A stretch of 64,000 nucleotides of DNA. Source: Lama glama. Lineage: Eukaryota. The notes under the pieces are model-generated. The model was not told where the DNA came from and did no database searches. It was given only the letters and a program-made list of their open reading frames with translations. The stretch covers positions 22,692,001-22,756,000 of the forward strand of contig CM052847.1 in NCBI GenBank assembly GCA_028534125.1, in the 5' to 3' direction. Both the position numbers and the translations under genes were made by a program. Positions 25,581 through 37,895 of this stretch are shown here, in pieces (position 1 is the first letter of the stretch; each line of letters begins with the position of its first letter).

Positions 25581-27094
25581 CCCAAGATCTGCGTACGTTA
25601 TAGGTCGGGTGCGTGGTATAAAGAAAGCTGAGATGCGGCCAGGCTTGTGAAAAAGACTCCCACGTGGTCTGAAAGGGCCGCAAACGGAGGCAGAGCGTTT
25701 GATGCCGGTTGAGATGGAAATGTTTCAGAAAAGTCACAGGAGCGATGGGAGAAGGCTTCAGGGTAAGAAGAACAGGGTAGAGGAAATACGTGGTTTCAGG
25801 TTTGAGGTTTTCTCCGCCAGACGGAATTCCGAGATTTCTGAAGAAAAGCTAACAGTGCTGGCGTGTCTCCTTTCACTCTGCGGCTTTGGATGATTTCAGA
25901 ATTTCAGAGTAATGAGTTCCATGAAAATGTTTGTAACTTGACGTGGACACATTATGAGTCGAATCTGAAATCCTCCTCCCCCAAAATACCCAAAAGGAAG
26001 AAATTATTCACGTCACGTGTCTGCCACTTCCACAGCTACTAGCACGTGCTGCTTGCTGAGGTGGTTCCCGATGGGAAAGTGGGGACGTGTGAAACCTAGG
26101 CCTTGTCGGGAAGTTGCTGTTGTTTTACTGCCAGAGCCCGTCACCGAGGCAGGGGAGCCGGCTGTGAGGGGGAAGGGAAAGGGGGCAGCTTCCCGTGTCT
26201 GCGGATATAAATCATCTTTCAATCACTGAACGTGGATTCGGCTGCTCGATTCTCTGTGTGTTTCCTGTCAGCCAGACTGCAGTTTCCGAGACTGGAAACT
26301 TTATGTTCAGCATGGAATTACGGGCCTCCACGTTGCCTTCCTGGAGCCCCAGCGCACACGCGGGCATCACACCTGGGCACACATCACGCCTGGGCACACG
26401 CCACGCGTGGACACGCGCGTGCTCGCGCCCCGGCCCCTCCCCACCACCTCGCTGCAGGCGGTCACCTGGCTGCACTGTTCTCTTAATCAGGGGCCAGGAG
26501 AGCATCTGCCTGCAGCAAACGCTCAGAAGGAGATTCCCGTGAAAACCAAACAAAAAGGCAATACAGCGAGGACGCGGCGGATATTAAATTTTTCATTAGA
26601 TCCATGGCTCAAAGCTTTTAGGCTCCAGGCTCATAAATGCTGCTTTCTTGCTGACCCCTAATCCAGTCTACTTCGAGGAACTTGGCAAAATTTCAGAATT
26701 GTGAGACCTGGGTGGGTTTGAAAAATTACCAAGAAGACCAGGAAAATGGATGCAGGTTTGTGATGGAAAAAGAGATGAATCAGGAACCCTGAAAATGTGG
26801 ATTTTATCTTATATCTTTGCTGCTGGGTTGTAGGAGCAAATGGCTGTGCGCGTAGCAGGGCTCGTGTTTCGTGATTCCATAGGCAGGAATCATCCGTGGA
26901 CTCACGTGCACGGTGATCAGAAAGCCCCGACCTCGTTTCTGCTCTGTTGCACCAGACACATCCATTGTGCTCAAGAACTTGTCCATTGTAGGTGCACCTA
27001 CAAAACTGTGTGACCCATAAGGATCGTGGCCGTGAAGCGTCTTTTTACCAATCATCTGTCTGCGTGTTTGTCATCCATCCGTCCGTCATCTGTC

Positions 27095-27190
27095 CACATA
27101 TTCCCCAGACGTTGTCTGGAACATAGTAGGTGTGGAATAAATGCATGAAAACTTAATAAAAATGAAGGAATAAATGAGTGGATGGACGAC
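27095..27190 (+). mobile_element. L2 3' end
   Basis: gtctggaacatagtaggtgtggaataaatg followed by an aatga-type tail. Confidence 0.6.
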
Positions 27191-29084
27191 GAGTAAACAG
27201 ATTAACCAGATTACATGGAACATCGTGGACGCCGTACAGTGACTGCTTGTAGGACACAGGACGGTGCTGACAGAACAGTGGAGGGCAGGACAGCAGACCG
27301 GACGTGGGGCGTTAGGGACCCGGGCTCACACGGTGACGAGGCCCGGGCGCGGTGCCTCTGACTCACTTGTTGAGGGGATGAAGCCCAGAGCAGAGCGCTT
27401 GGACCCACTCCCGTGACCTTGGTGTCCCTGGTCGTTTCCAAGAAGGGAAGAGCGACTGGTAATTTGGGAAACACGGGGTGGAGAACAGAGGATATAGATG
27501 TCTCTGCGATGCTGGAACTGGGTTACAGTCAAAACGCCGGCCCTTGTCACGTAGAGACAGCGCGCTGGTGTGATGTGCCAGCCGACCCAGCGGGAGGGGC
27601 GAGGCCGCTCCGAGCGCCAGAGACCCTCTGCCCTCCGCCCACGCGGGGCGCGTCACCTCCCAGGGCCGCTGGCGTGCTGCCGTTTCACTCGCGCATCTGG
27701 AATGCGGGACACTCAGACTACGTCATCTTTCTGCTTACATACTTGAAATCTGTGATTTTAATTTAAAATGATAAAATATTATTTCAGCGTCTAACTTAGA
27801 TATCTGAGCTGACAGTCATTTGTTATCTCCATCAGCCAGCTCGCCACCTGATCAGAAACATCCGTCTAGTGGGGAGGGTGCAGCTCCGGGGTGGAGCGTG
27901 TGACTAGCAGGCACGGGGTCCTGGCTTCAGGCCCCAGCGCCTCCTGTAAACATAAACTAACAAACATAAATGAACCTAGTTACCTCCTCCCCCCAAAACT
28001 GTCTAGGACAGCCGTACTGTGCCCCAGTGAAGAAGGCGCACATCCGAGGGTGAGTAACAGCCCTGACCTTAGATTTGTCCCTTCACCTGTTGATTTGCTG
28101 ACGGAAACGTTAAGTGGGGACTTACTAACGAGGAGGGCGGGTGCTGCGGGGAAGCCTTGTCCGCTCAGCCCGGGGCCGCTGGGGCCCTGCCTGCCGTAGG
28201 AAGATCAGGACTTGAGACACAGCTGAACGAGAGCTTAAAGGCTTTATAACCAATAACCCTGTAATCCTCACGCCGGTCAGGCTGAGGAGTGGCCGGCGCT
28301 GCGGGGAGGAGGCACAAGTGAGGCGTCTCATTCAGAGCAGTGATGAGATGTCGGAAAGGAGCCTCACCGTGTCTCGGCGCAAATGCAACCTGTAAACGTG
28401 CTGAGCAGCAGAGCTGGAACATTCCACAGGCACAGAAGTCCGGGGTTAAAATCCACTAGTTTAGTAACAAATGTGTGGACGTCCGAAGGAGGGAGAAAAC
28501 TGACTGCCGAAAAGCGGGGAATGGTTGTAGGGCCTTCACCAGCAGGGGAGAGTCCCGTTCTGCAAGGCAACACACAGAAGGAAAGAGAAGCAGCTGACAA
28601 GATTCGAAGATGGGAAATTCACAGCAGTCGTAAGAAGAGAAGGAGCTTTGAGCTCGAAGATTTATGGGAGCTGACTGGCCACGACGCCCGGTGACAACAT
28701 GGTTCTCCTCCACCCGCTGTCCTCATGGACACTGGTTTACACGAAAGGCCCCGGGCATCAGTGTGGCCCTGGGTCACTGACCCGGCATGTCTGGGGTTCA
28801 GAGGCCCCACGTCCAGCTTCCCTGCTCGGTTAGAGCTCTTGTCCCAGAGGGGCGACCTGGGCTGTGTCTCTCAGGTTCTTACCATCTGTGGGGACTCAGA
28901 CTGATCGTCAGTCTATCCGTGTGAAGAGGAACTGTGCTACCACCAGTGCACGTGCCCGCACACGTAGCACGCACCTCCGAGGCTGCCACAGCACCAGCCA
29001 TCTCACCACGCGTCCTGACGAGGGTGATTACCATGGGTGATTGCTCCTGGCGACCACGTGGTTGTCAGAAAACCCTCTGATTTT

Positions 29085-29250
29085 TCTCAACAATCATATG
29101 AGATAGACATTTTAAACTAAGGATCATGTATGAAAAAGCCGAGAATTACAAAGATTAGAAAAAGATACCCAAGACAGTTCAGGTCATGAGTGGCTAAGTC
29201 AGGATTCATTCCCAGGGCTGCTGGATTTCAAGCCCTTCTTCTTAGCCACT
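29085..29250 (-). mobile_element. MIR SINE fragment
   Basis: ctcaacaatcatatgagatag...cccaagacag...gagtggctaagtcaggattcattcccagg...tggatttcaagccc...cttagccactgc. Confidence 0.6.
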
Positions 29251-30944
29251 GCGTCTCCCGTCACCCGGGACACCCACCTCCTCTGTGGTGGCAGAAAGGA
29301 GTAACACTGCACACCCAGTAAGCAGAACTCCTCCTGCGACAAACAGTCTTCGTGACGTATGTGTGATTTACAGCCACTGACACTCAGCCTACAGGACACC
29401 CTGGGCACTTTTGGACGGTGACACCAAGTGCCCACGGTGAGTCCCAGCATCTGCACAGACGGTTTTGAACCAACAGGGTCCAAACGAGGTCAAGAGGTGT
29501 AGCTGGACCAAGACGCACCGTCTGATCTTCTGACTCACACTCTGCCAAGCTAAGCGTTTTGGTTTAAATTGTGGTCTTGCCTAATTCTCTGGAATGGAAA
29601 AGGCCAAGGAGCCACCTGAAAGGTTTGCGTCTTGGTGTCTGTATGTGGTAAATACTTGACTGTTCCTTGCTCTCCTCGTGAGGTGGGCAGTGGCCTCCCT
29701 CTCCGTGGATGAGTGGCCGCCTGTGTGAGCTCATTCTTTGAACCCCTGCTGCTACTTCGGAGGAACTGAGGTTCCAAAATCAGTCAATGTGACGTTTTCT
29801 GGTTTGATTGAAGAATCCTGTATCCATAACTTTCGTTGCTAGGGTGATTTTTTTTTTAACGGGCAGGGTCTGGGCAGCGGGAGTCGCTGGGATGGAATGC
29901 GGCTCCTCGCAGCGCCACCCGCCCACCCAACGGGATGAGAAGGGGGAGCACCGACCCGCCCGCATGCCCGCGTGGGGAGAGGCGGTCTCTCCTGCTGCTC
30001 CTTCGCCGAGCACCCAGCCGGCTGAACAAATGGGCACCCACGGGGGCTGCGCTCCGGCGAGGCCAGTGTGCAGTGCCATTAAGTGGCCCTTGCCTGATCC
30101 TTTTGACAGCGAGAAACAGGTGACGTTATCGTAGGTCCTCTGGCGGATTTAATGACAGGCACCTCCCGTCTTCTGTCCCTGCTCCCCTTGAACCGCCCAG
30201 CTCGCTCCTCGGCGTGGTCTTGACACGCGCACCACATGTGACACCTGCTCGGTACCTGTGTCTAGGGAGCTGGGGGCTGTTAACCCGTGTCTTGGCTGCA
30301 CAGTGGCCTTGGAAGGACGTCCTTGCTGTTCTGTGACAGGCGTTTTCCCAGCTGTGAGCTGGGACAGAACTGGTCCTGGTGGCAGCGGACAGAGGGGATT
30401 TCTGCAGAGTCGCTCAGGGGCCAGTGCCCAGATGCCTGACAAAGGGCCGCGAGGCTGTGAAGCATCCAGGCTGCCCTCACGCCGCCTCCCGTCCCCGGGA
30501 AGAGGCTGGGGGGGGCAGCAGCCTCCCTTCACACCGCGCAGGGCCAAAGCCCAGGATGGCCCGCTCCCGGCTCCCATCCCCCCGTGTTCACTGTCTCGGC
30601 TGCTGCCTTTTCCTAAGAGCTTCCAGCTGACGCTCTAACGTGGCTGGTAGACTTGGTTTTCAGCCATGAAACCAAGGAGTGAATTTTTGCGAGCGACCCG
30701 CCCTTGGTCACGTCACGGTCTTTTCGTCCTGCTCTCCCTTTCACACTGTTTTCTGTTCTCTTCTGCGGTGACCAGGACAGTCGCCTCCTGCTCTAGATGG
30801 GAGTTCCCCGAGTTCCTCGCAGGAAGCACGGAGGCCCGTGCTCTCCTCCGGCCTCGGGCGAGCACGGCGCGCTCTGCCTTTCCCTGCAGGGTGGTCGGAC
30901 GTCCCTTCTTGGGGCCAGTCTCAGGTGTTACCCTTCAGGCGTGC

Positions 30945-31122
30945 GCTAGGGCAGTAGCTGGTAGCTTCATGTGGCTGCTCAAATTTAATAAAAATTCAGT
31001 GCCGGTCTCCCCAGCTTCATTTCAAGTGTTCAGTACCACGTGTGGCTGGTGGCTACCACAGTGGACGACGTGGACATAACACTTCCACGACTGTAGGAAG
31101 TTCTATTTGTAGCGCTGGTCCA
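30945..31122. mobile_element. MER3-like hAT DNA transposon relic
   Basis: catgtggctgctcaaattt...aaaattcagt...catttcaagtgttcagtaccacgtgtggctggtggctacca...aacacttcca...ggaagttctatttgtagcgctg. Confidence 0.8.
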
Positions 31123-33219
31123 GACCGCAGTGTCAATCTACTGAACGGCGAATCTTTGACGGAAAATATTTTCCAGATAATAGACATGAAAAAAAATGGC
31201 CATTGAGAGACAGTAAAATTCCAAATTCACTTCTTATTCAAATCACTGAAAAGCAATTGAGAATTAATGGTTGCTCCGCTGAAGTAGAGAATGTACAAAC
31301 GTACCTTGGACTGATCCCCGGCCTCGTCCCAGCGTGTGAAGCCCACCCTCCTGCGTGCTCAGGACTGCTCTGTGGCAGGAGTGTCGGATAGATTTGATGC
31401 ATTTATGTATTTTTGCTAGTTTGTTTACACATCATCTCATTCAAAAAAATGTGAGTGGCTAATTCGAATGGACATAACAGAGTGAGAACCACGGGGCGGC
31501 CACCGAGGCCAGACAGCGAAAGGAAGCCAGAGGGAGGGCAGGACGCAGGAGTGCGCTCAAGAGGTAGAGGGCTTTACCTGCAGACGGAGCTTCCCAGCCG
31601 CCGGCGCAGGCTCGATGAGCCGGGATTTCTCAGCAGCGCTGTGACAAGACTGCTCCTCCCGTGGCTCTTCCTCCCAGCGAATCCGCCCCCGCCCCCACGT
31701 CTCTCACACAGTCACAGCGAACGGATGTTATGAAATCACTGTGTTCCTCTTGCCGGGGAACCTGAGGCATGCGCTTTGTAGTGGAGGACACTCTGCTTAC
31801 TTACAAACCACACCTGGAATGGCCAGAGCCAACCAAAGTCCCAAACTCACACAGGCGAAGAGAGAACGGCCCCCGAGTCGTCCGCTGAGCCAGGGCACCC
31901 TGCAAGGCGGGGCCGTCTCAGGGCCCCCGCAGGGTCACGGGCCAGCCAGCCCAGCACGGAGCACCCACCGGGGCGTGCTGAGTCGTCTGGGTCATTGGTC
32001 GGTGGGTTTCTCGAAGCTCAAGGTGGAACGGGTTCCTCGGTGCTGGTGAACTTCCAGGTAAACTATCAGGTGGACTTCAAAGCAGTCGGTTTGGCAGCTT
32101 CCCTTCTATTCAGCGAGTCCTTGTTGAATGTCCACTGTGTGAAAGGCTCTGTGATGGACAACGTGAAAGCAGCTTGGACCAGGGATGTCTTCCGCTATAA
32201 CAGGCATGCACCTGCCCCTGAGAGTGCGGACAGTCCTGCCCCGTCTCTCTGGGACAGCTGGCGACCCCAGCCGTGCACAGCTGTAGCTTGTGGCCTGCGA
32301 CAAAGTGTCGTCGGCCAGAGAGCAGAATCACGGAGGCAAACCCTGTGCCTTTGAGTCTCAGTGTTGAGTTTGAGCCCCAACCCTTTTGCTAAATAGTGCT
32401 CAGTAAACATCTGATGAACTATGACAAATCCTTCCCATAAATATTCTCTCCTGAAACCAGACACTCAGCTGAGCTCACCGACATCTCACATGCACGGCGA
32501 CAGTGGCACCACGCAACACCCCCAACCGCCACAAGCAAGTAAAACAAGCAAGAGAAAAGACTCTTGGAATTCAGAGTTCCTTCTGCGACAATACTTGATT
32601 ATCACGGATTCTGTGGCGAAAGGTTTTAGTATTCTAGTGCAGATTTAGGTCAGATTCTCGTGCAGAAGGGACCGCTACAGAGGAGAATTACTGATCCAGG
32701 ATCAGCAGTGGTTATTGCAGGACCGTAAGGGGCCTCACGGTGGCCTCGATTGTGCCCTGCCCCTCCCAGACCTCCAGCTGGATTTACTGATATGAAATTC
32801 CAAAGAGAAACCGTATCCACAGTTAGCTCAAGACATCTCTTACATTTGAGCTTTGGGGTGAAAACCCTCATTTGCTGTGTCCAGTGGTTGAAGAGACAGA
32901 AAGAGCCCCCGCGGGAGGGGCGTTCGGACGGTGCAGCTAGGAGGCGGTGCGAGCGTTACAGTTTTCAAAGGCTCGCCCGTGACTCGAGGAAGGAGGAACG
33001 CAGCCGTGCCTGTGGTTCCGCACCCCGGGAAGGCGTAGGCCGACACCCCTCTCCATCTCTGGTCGGGCGCCTCACTTAAATCCCCTCCCCCGTTCCCAGC
33101 GGTCCGTGTTTTCCAGAAGGGCCCTGGAGCTTGTCTGGGTTCCAGCACTCCCGCGTCTGCGGGACCGGCAGAGACTCCCAGCCCCTGCAGCCTGCCGCCG
33201 CTGGCCCGTCCTCTCGCCA

Positions 33220-33790
33220 AACAGTCTAATCCCTCTTCTGCGAGTCAATGAATTTATTAAAGACAAATAGTCAGTCCCGTCTGCAAATCCCGCAGAATGC
33301 AGCGTTTTGCCTAAATGACATTTAGCCAAGTTGTAACTCTAATGGCAAAGAAAACAGTAGCGGCTCATCCTTAAACCTCCGTCCCCGGGCGCACATCACT
33401 TCCAATATCCTGCACGAGTTCTTTGAAGGGTTTGTGCCCGGCGGACCCCAGAGGGCATCTCCGGGATTAGTTAACAGTGAGAACGCAGCAGGCTCAATTT
33501 ATTGGTTATGGTCGCCCATGATTGCATAAAAAATAAAATTAAAAGGAAGCCCCCGAAGAATAGTTCATCAAGCGCGGTGATGGTCCCCCCCGACGGAGCC
33601 CATAAAAGCATATTAGCGACCCCCCGCTGGGGTGTGTTTACGGGTGAAGTCAGAGAGATGGATCGCTTTTTCCAGGAATGGCATTCGACTTCAGCAGGCT
33701 GCTGTCATTAGCCCGAAAAACACACTAATCATCAAACGCCTGGCACACAATGAAAGCAGGAAACAAGCCAAATATGGGATCTTTACAGAC
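33220..33790. promoter_or_regulatory. Candidate enhancer (homeodomain motif cluster)
   Basis: CTAATCCC/GGGATTAG pair, TTTATTGG, CCATAAAA, TGACA and CTGTCA in non-repeat sequence. Confidence 0.4.
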
Positions 33791-34380
33791 CTGGCTCCTC
33801 CTGGGGTGCTCTGACACGAGGCCTGTTTATAGGCGGCTCTTCTGGAGACGCCTACGCCCTGCCTGTCCCCGCACCGACGGCCCACGGCGTCCTCACCCCA
33901 CGGCAGGGCATGGATCCGCCCCCAGCAAGGCCTGAGTTCCCAGAGGACTCTCGGAGCTCTACAGAGTCCCGACGTCCATGTGTCCACGGTGGATGCAGAT
34001 CACAGCCAAGATCAGCGAGCCTGGGCCATTGGCTGGACTCTCCGCACCTTGGAGGTGGGGGCTGGGGCTTGAGGTTCACCTGTGACACAGCCACCCTGGG
34101 GAACACCAGCCTCTCTCCGCCGCCCACTCCGTCCACACAGGGGACACTCCGCCCCAGGCCTGGGGAGAGTCCCAGCACCAGAGACGACCCTCCATCCAGT
34201 CGGCAGTCAGCGATGTTCTCCAGGGCTCGCTGTGCTGGGATGGGCCATTCGTCCGGGTGCATGTGCCCTCCCTCGACCTTGAAGACCACGCAGTGTGGGT
34301 GTTTGTGTTTCCCTCTGTTGTGCCATCGAGAACCCTGAAAACCCTGAAGTCTAGAGCCATCACATTTCAGAGACTCGTGG

Positions 34381-34859
34381 TGTTGCAGAAAAGCATGTTA
34401 CAACTCCGTGTTACAGCTCAGTAGTGACAGCAACCTGGATCCAGGCGAGAGACCAAACAGCACTTGGAGTTGGAGAACTCAGGTTTATTACACCAGCAGG
34501 CCCATAAAAGCTAATACTCCAAGCTCTGGACCCCGTCTGTAGGTTTACACAGGCCTTTATAGACTGACAGTTTACACTTTGCAACATCATATGCAAATGA
34601 GGTATAACAAAAGTTGACTAATTAGGAACAAGCTTTGTAGAAATGGACCAATCAGGAGGGAGAGAAATAACCAATCAGGAGTGAATGGACCAATCAGGAG
34701 TGAGCTTAGGGAACCAATAGAATTTTAGGGATAAATAAGCCGTTTCAGAAGCAGAAAGTGAGATAGAGCCCCTGGGCCAGGGAACCGCATAGTGCTGGCA
34801 GGAGAGCAGTGGCCCTGCCTGGGGGTCCTGCCGGTCTTTCTGTGGGGCTTCCCGCCTCA
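34381..34859 (-). mobile_element. Solo LTR, ERV1-class (copy B)
   Basis: TG...CA termini with a 4-bp TSD gtgg (34377-34380 and 34860-34863). Minus-strand TATA (34556-34561) and AATAAA (34484-34489), tandem ccaatcag units, octamer at 34591-34598. Colinear with 3308-3839. Confidence 0.92.
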
Positions 34860-37764
34860 GTGGAGTCTGGATCAAACACCTAAAATTAGAGGACAGCTCT
34901 GACCACATGACTAGTGTGAACCACCAAGGAGCTGATGGAAACCGTGTCCTCCCCGCCTGCCCAGCCACTGGGCCCTGGAGGAGAGCGGGTGCCCGCACTC
35001 CCGGGCTGATGACACCCCACCTGTCCCTGGTCCCCGCCGGCCACGTGTCTGGCACAGGCAACGCACACCCAGTTGGGAACCCCTCAGAGAAGGTCCCGTC
35101 TCCTCGCCTGTGTTCTGGGCCAGCCCACGGGGTGGGTGGGAGGGACACTCCAGGGTCTTTGTGTCCCTGCCCTGCACAAGCTGATGCTGGAAATATCCGC
35201 TGCTCCCGCAGATACTAATTCCCGGTGGAAACTGTCACCCTGATGGAGTGTGAGCATCGCTGGGAGACACTCAGGGAACACAGTTGTCAGATCAGCATCA
35301 GGAGTGGAGGCGCCGGGGGCAGGTGCTGACCGTGTTTGGAAGGGAGGGACTGCGGTGCGGAGGAGATCACAAGCATTTGCCCCCCAGAACCTCAGCGGGG
35401 TCATCCCCGCTGCACTCCTGCGCTGTGTGTGTGTCTCCGGCTGGCCCAGCCTTGCTCCCTCCTGACCGCGGGGCTGAGCAGGGACTTCTCGCCCCCACCC
35501 GGGACGCACGCGCACCCGCAGGCATTCCTTTCCACCATCCCAGCCCCAGACTTACTTGCGTGGTTAGTTTTCACTGTTTGTCTCCTGACCCCGGGGTCAG
35601 AGTCCCTCCATAACCGTCTGAAGGGCAAGGAAAGGGCTTCAGCCCCGGGCGTTGGAGATTGCAGCCTCGGGGTCTTCCCAGAGGTCCCCTTGCTCCTGAG
35701 TGTGCACTCTGCTTCTGTAAAGCAGACATGGAGCCCCGCGACCAGGGCCCTGGGGGAGCCCAGGGTGCGTGGTCAGTGCGCCAGGATCACAGGGCTGCGG
35801 GTCAGCATCACCCCGTTTGTCCCAAGAGCAGACGGGAGCTTCGTCCACACCTGGTCTCAGACAGGAGACTCTGCCGCTGGGTCTGCCCTCAGCTCAGGGG
35901 AGCCGGGCGGGGTGACCTCCTGCACCTCCGCACCCGAGACCAGATCGTTCAGGAGATTCCACGAGGCGTTCTGGCCCTTTCCCCCGGAAACCGTAAATAC
36001 CGTGGACGGAATTTCTCTTTCAGAAGCACTGTGGGCTGTGAATTTGAAATGAGCCGTGTGACCAGGTTCAAACTTTTATAAACAAAGTCGTGTGTCATTA
36101 AACTTCCTGACCAATAGCACCGTGTTATTCATCTTTTTGTGAAAAACATCCTGGCAGATTCTCAGCAACGAGCCCACCTGATGGCTTAGACTCGGTGTTT
36201 TGCCCCAGGACGTGGTAATACAGATTATCAGAACGAGGCTAAGTGTATGTTACCTGGTAGTAAAAGAAATAATTGTTAACAATTAGATAATTATCAGACT
36301 GTGTCCTGATTCTGATACCACAAATGAGAAGAGTCATGAAAATAGATACAATTGAAAAATTATTTATTACTTTTTTTTTAACGTGCCACACATACAAAAA
36401 GAGAAAGAGGATGAGAGTTCGGGGTCTGCTTAACAAAAGAAGGTGTCTTCTGACAGACGATGGCAGGGAGGGGGCAGAGCCAGGGTGCTGGGGGGCAGGC
36501 GGCCCAGCCGGCGGGCTCCCTGGGTTGGCAGCTGGAGCAAATGGCTCGGAGCTGGAAGGTGCTTGGGTTCCAGTTCATGCAGAACGAGCTTTCAGGGGGA
36601 AGGTGTGTGTGTCCAAGATGCCACGGGGAGATCACTTAACCTCCCTGCACCTCAGCTTCCCGACCATAAACTCCCCCGGCAGGGAAGGCGGCGTCTGAGT
36701 CAGCTGTCACTGCCCCCAAAAGACACAAGAAAGACCCACTTTCGCAGCCCCTGCGTGTGCCCCGTCCTCGCGGCCGCCGTCATTTACGGACTTCCTGATT
36801 GTGCAGAACATGGGTTCGGGGGATTCGACGGGGAGCGCGTGGCACACAGTGAGTTGTTCGCGGTGTGTCGTGTGTGTGTTTTGAGGATTGCATAGTCCAG
36901 TTTTTTTTTGTTTACAATTTTTTTAATGTTGCGCCCAACATGAGGCTGTGTCATTCTGGTATCTTCTGAGTAGCAAAAATAAACAGTAACAACATTTTAA
37001 AGACGCTTGAGGTGCTGGGAAAATGTAGTCCTTTAAGAACTCCAGTTCAGTGTCCTTGTTCTTCTCCTTTCGTCACAGACTGATGGACACTGCCTGCAGA
37101 CTCGGGGTGTGGAGCAGCCCACCCACGTGGCTGGAGTGGGGAGGCACTTCAAAATGTCCCACAGTCAGAGCATGAGCTGGGTGGTGGGGATCACACACAC
37201 GGAGTGTGGATGCGACTGTGCACAGCCAGCCCAGCCGTGGGAGGCGGTGAGAGGCTCAAAACAGGGTCTTCCTGGCTGTCAGACGTACACAACTGCCTGT
37301 TTGCAAAGAGATAAGCTCTAAGCTATTGTCGGAAGTCTCAGAGCCAGAGGGACAATTTCTCATGAAGCAGGGGGAGGAGCAAGGCCTGAGCTGAGTTTTG
37401 GAGAAAGGGAGGGGCTTGAATTGATGGGAGAAGCAGTAGGATTGGTTTGTGGGAGGCTCAGAGGGGCCCAGGGTGCTGTTCTGGATGGAGAGATGCCACC
37501 ACACACGGGGGGACGGGGGCTGTTGGACGTCAGGTTTTAGTATCATTTTGATTCTTACAGTGAATGCAATCACTACGTCCTTCTGTAAGGTGAGAAACGG
37601 GCGATCTAAGGGCAAGATGCTTCCTGAAGAACCTGAGGGAGGTACCAGGACCGAGGCGGGTCACTAGCCTGCTTTTGAAGGCAGGTAGAGGGAAGCGGGG
37701 GTGGACAACAGAGCAGATCTAGGACTTGGAGCAAGAAAAGGAAGAGCGGACCTGAGTGACCGGA

Positions 37765-37895
37765 CACGGCCACACCGCCCGCTCGGTTGTCCTAGGCTGC
37801 CTTTGTACCGTGGCACCGAGTGAGCAGTTGCAACAGAAAGAATAGCCAAAAACAGCTGCCTCTGGCCCTTTACAGAAGCCGTTTGCCAGCTGGGA
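37765..37895. mobile_element. MER58A-like hAT relic
   Basis: ggctgcctttgtacc...gagtgagcagttgcaacagaaag...ctctggccctttacagaagccgtttgcca. Confidence 0.7.

Noticed and set aside
3308-34859. A single 31-kb provirus or composite element bounded by the two LTRs
   Set aside because: Each LTR has its own distinct TSD, no gag/pol/env is seen between them, and the interval holds ancient host repeats.
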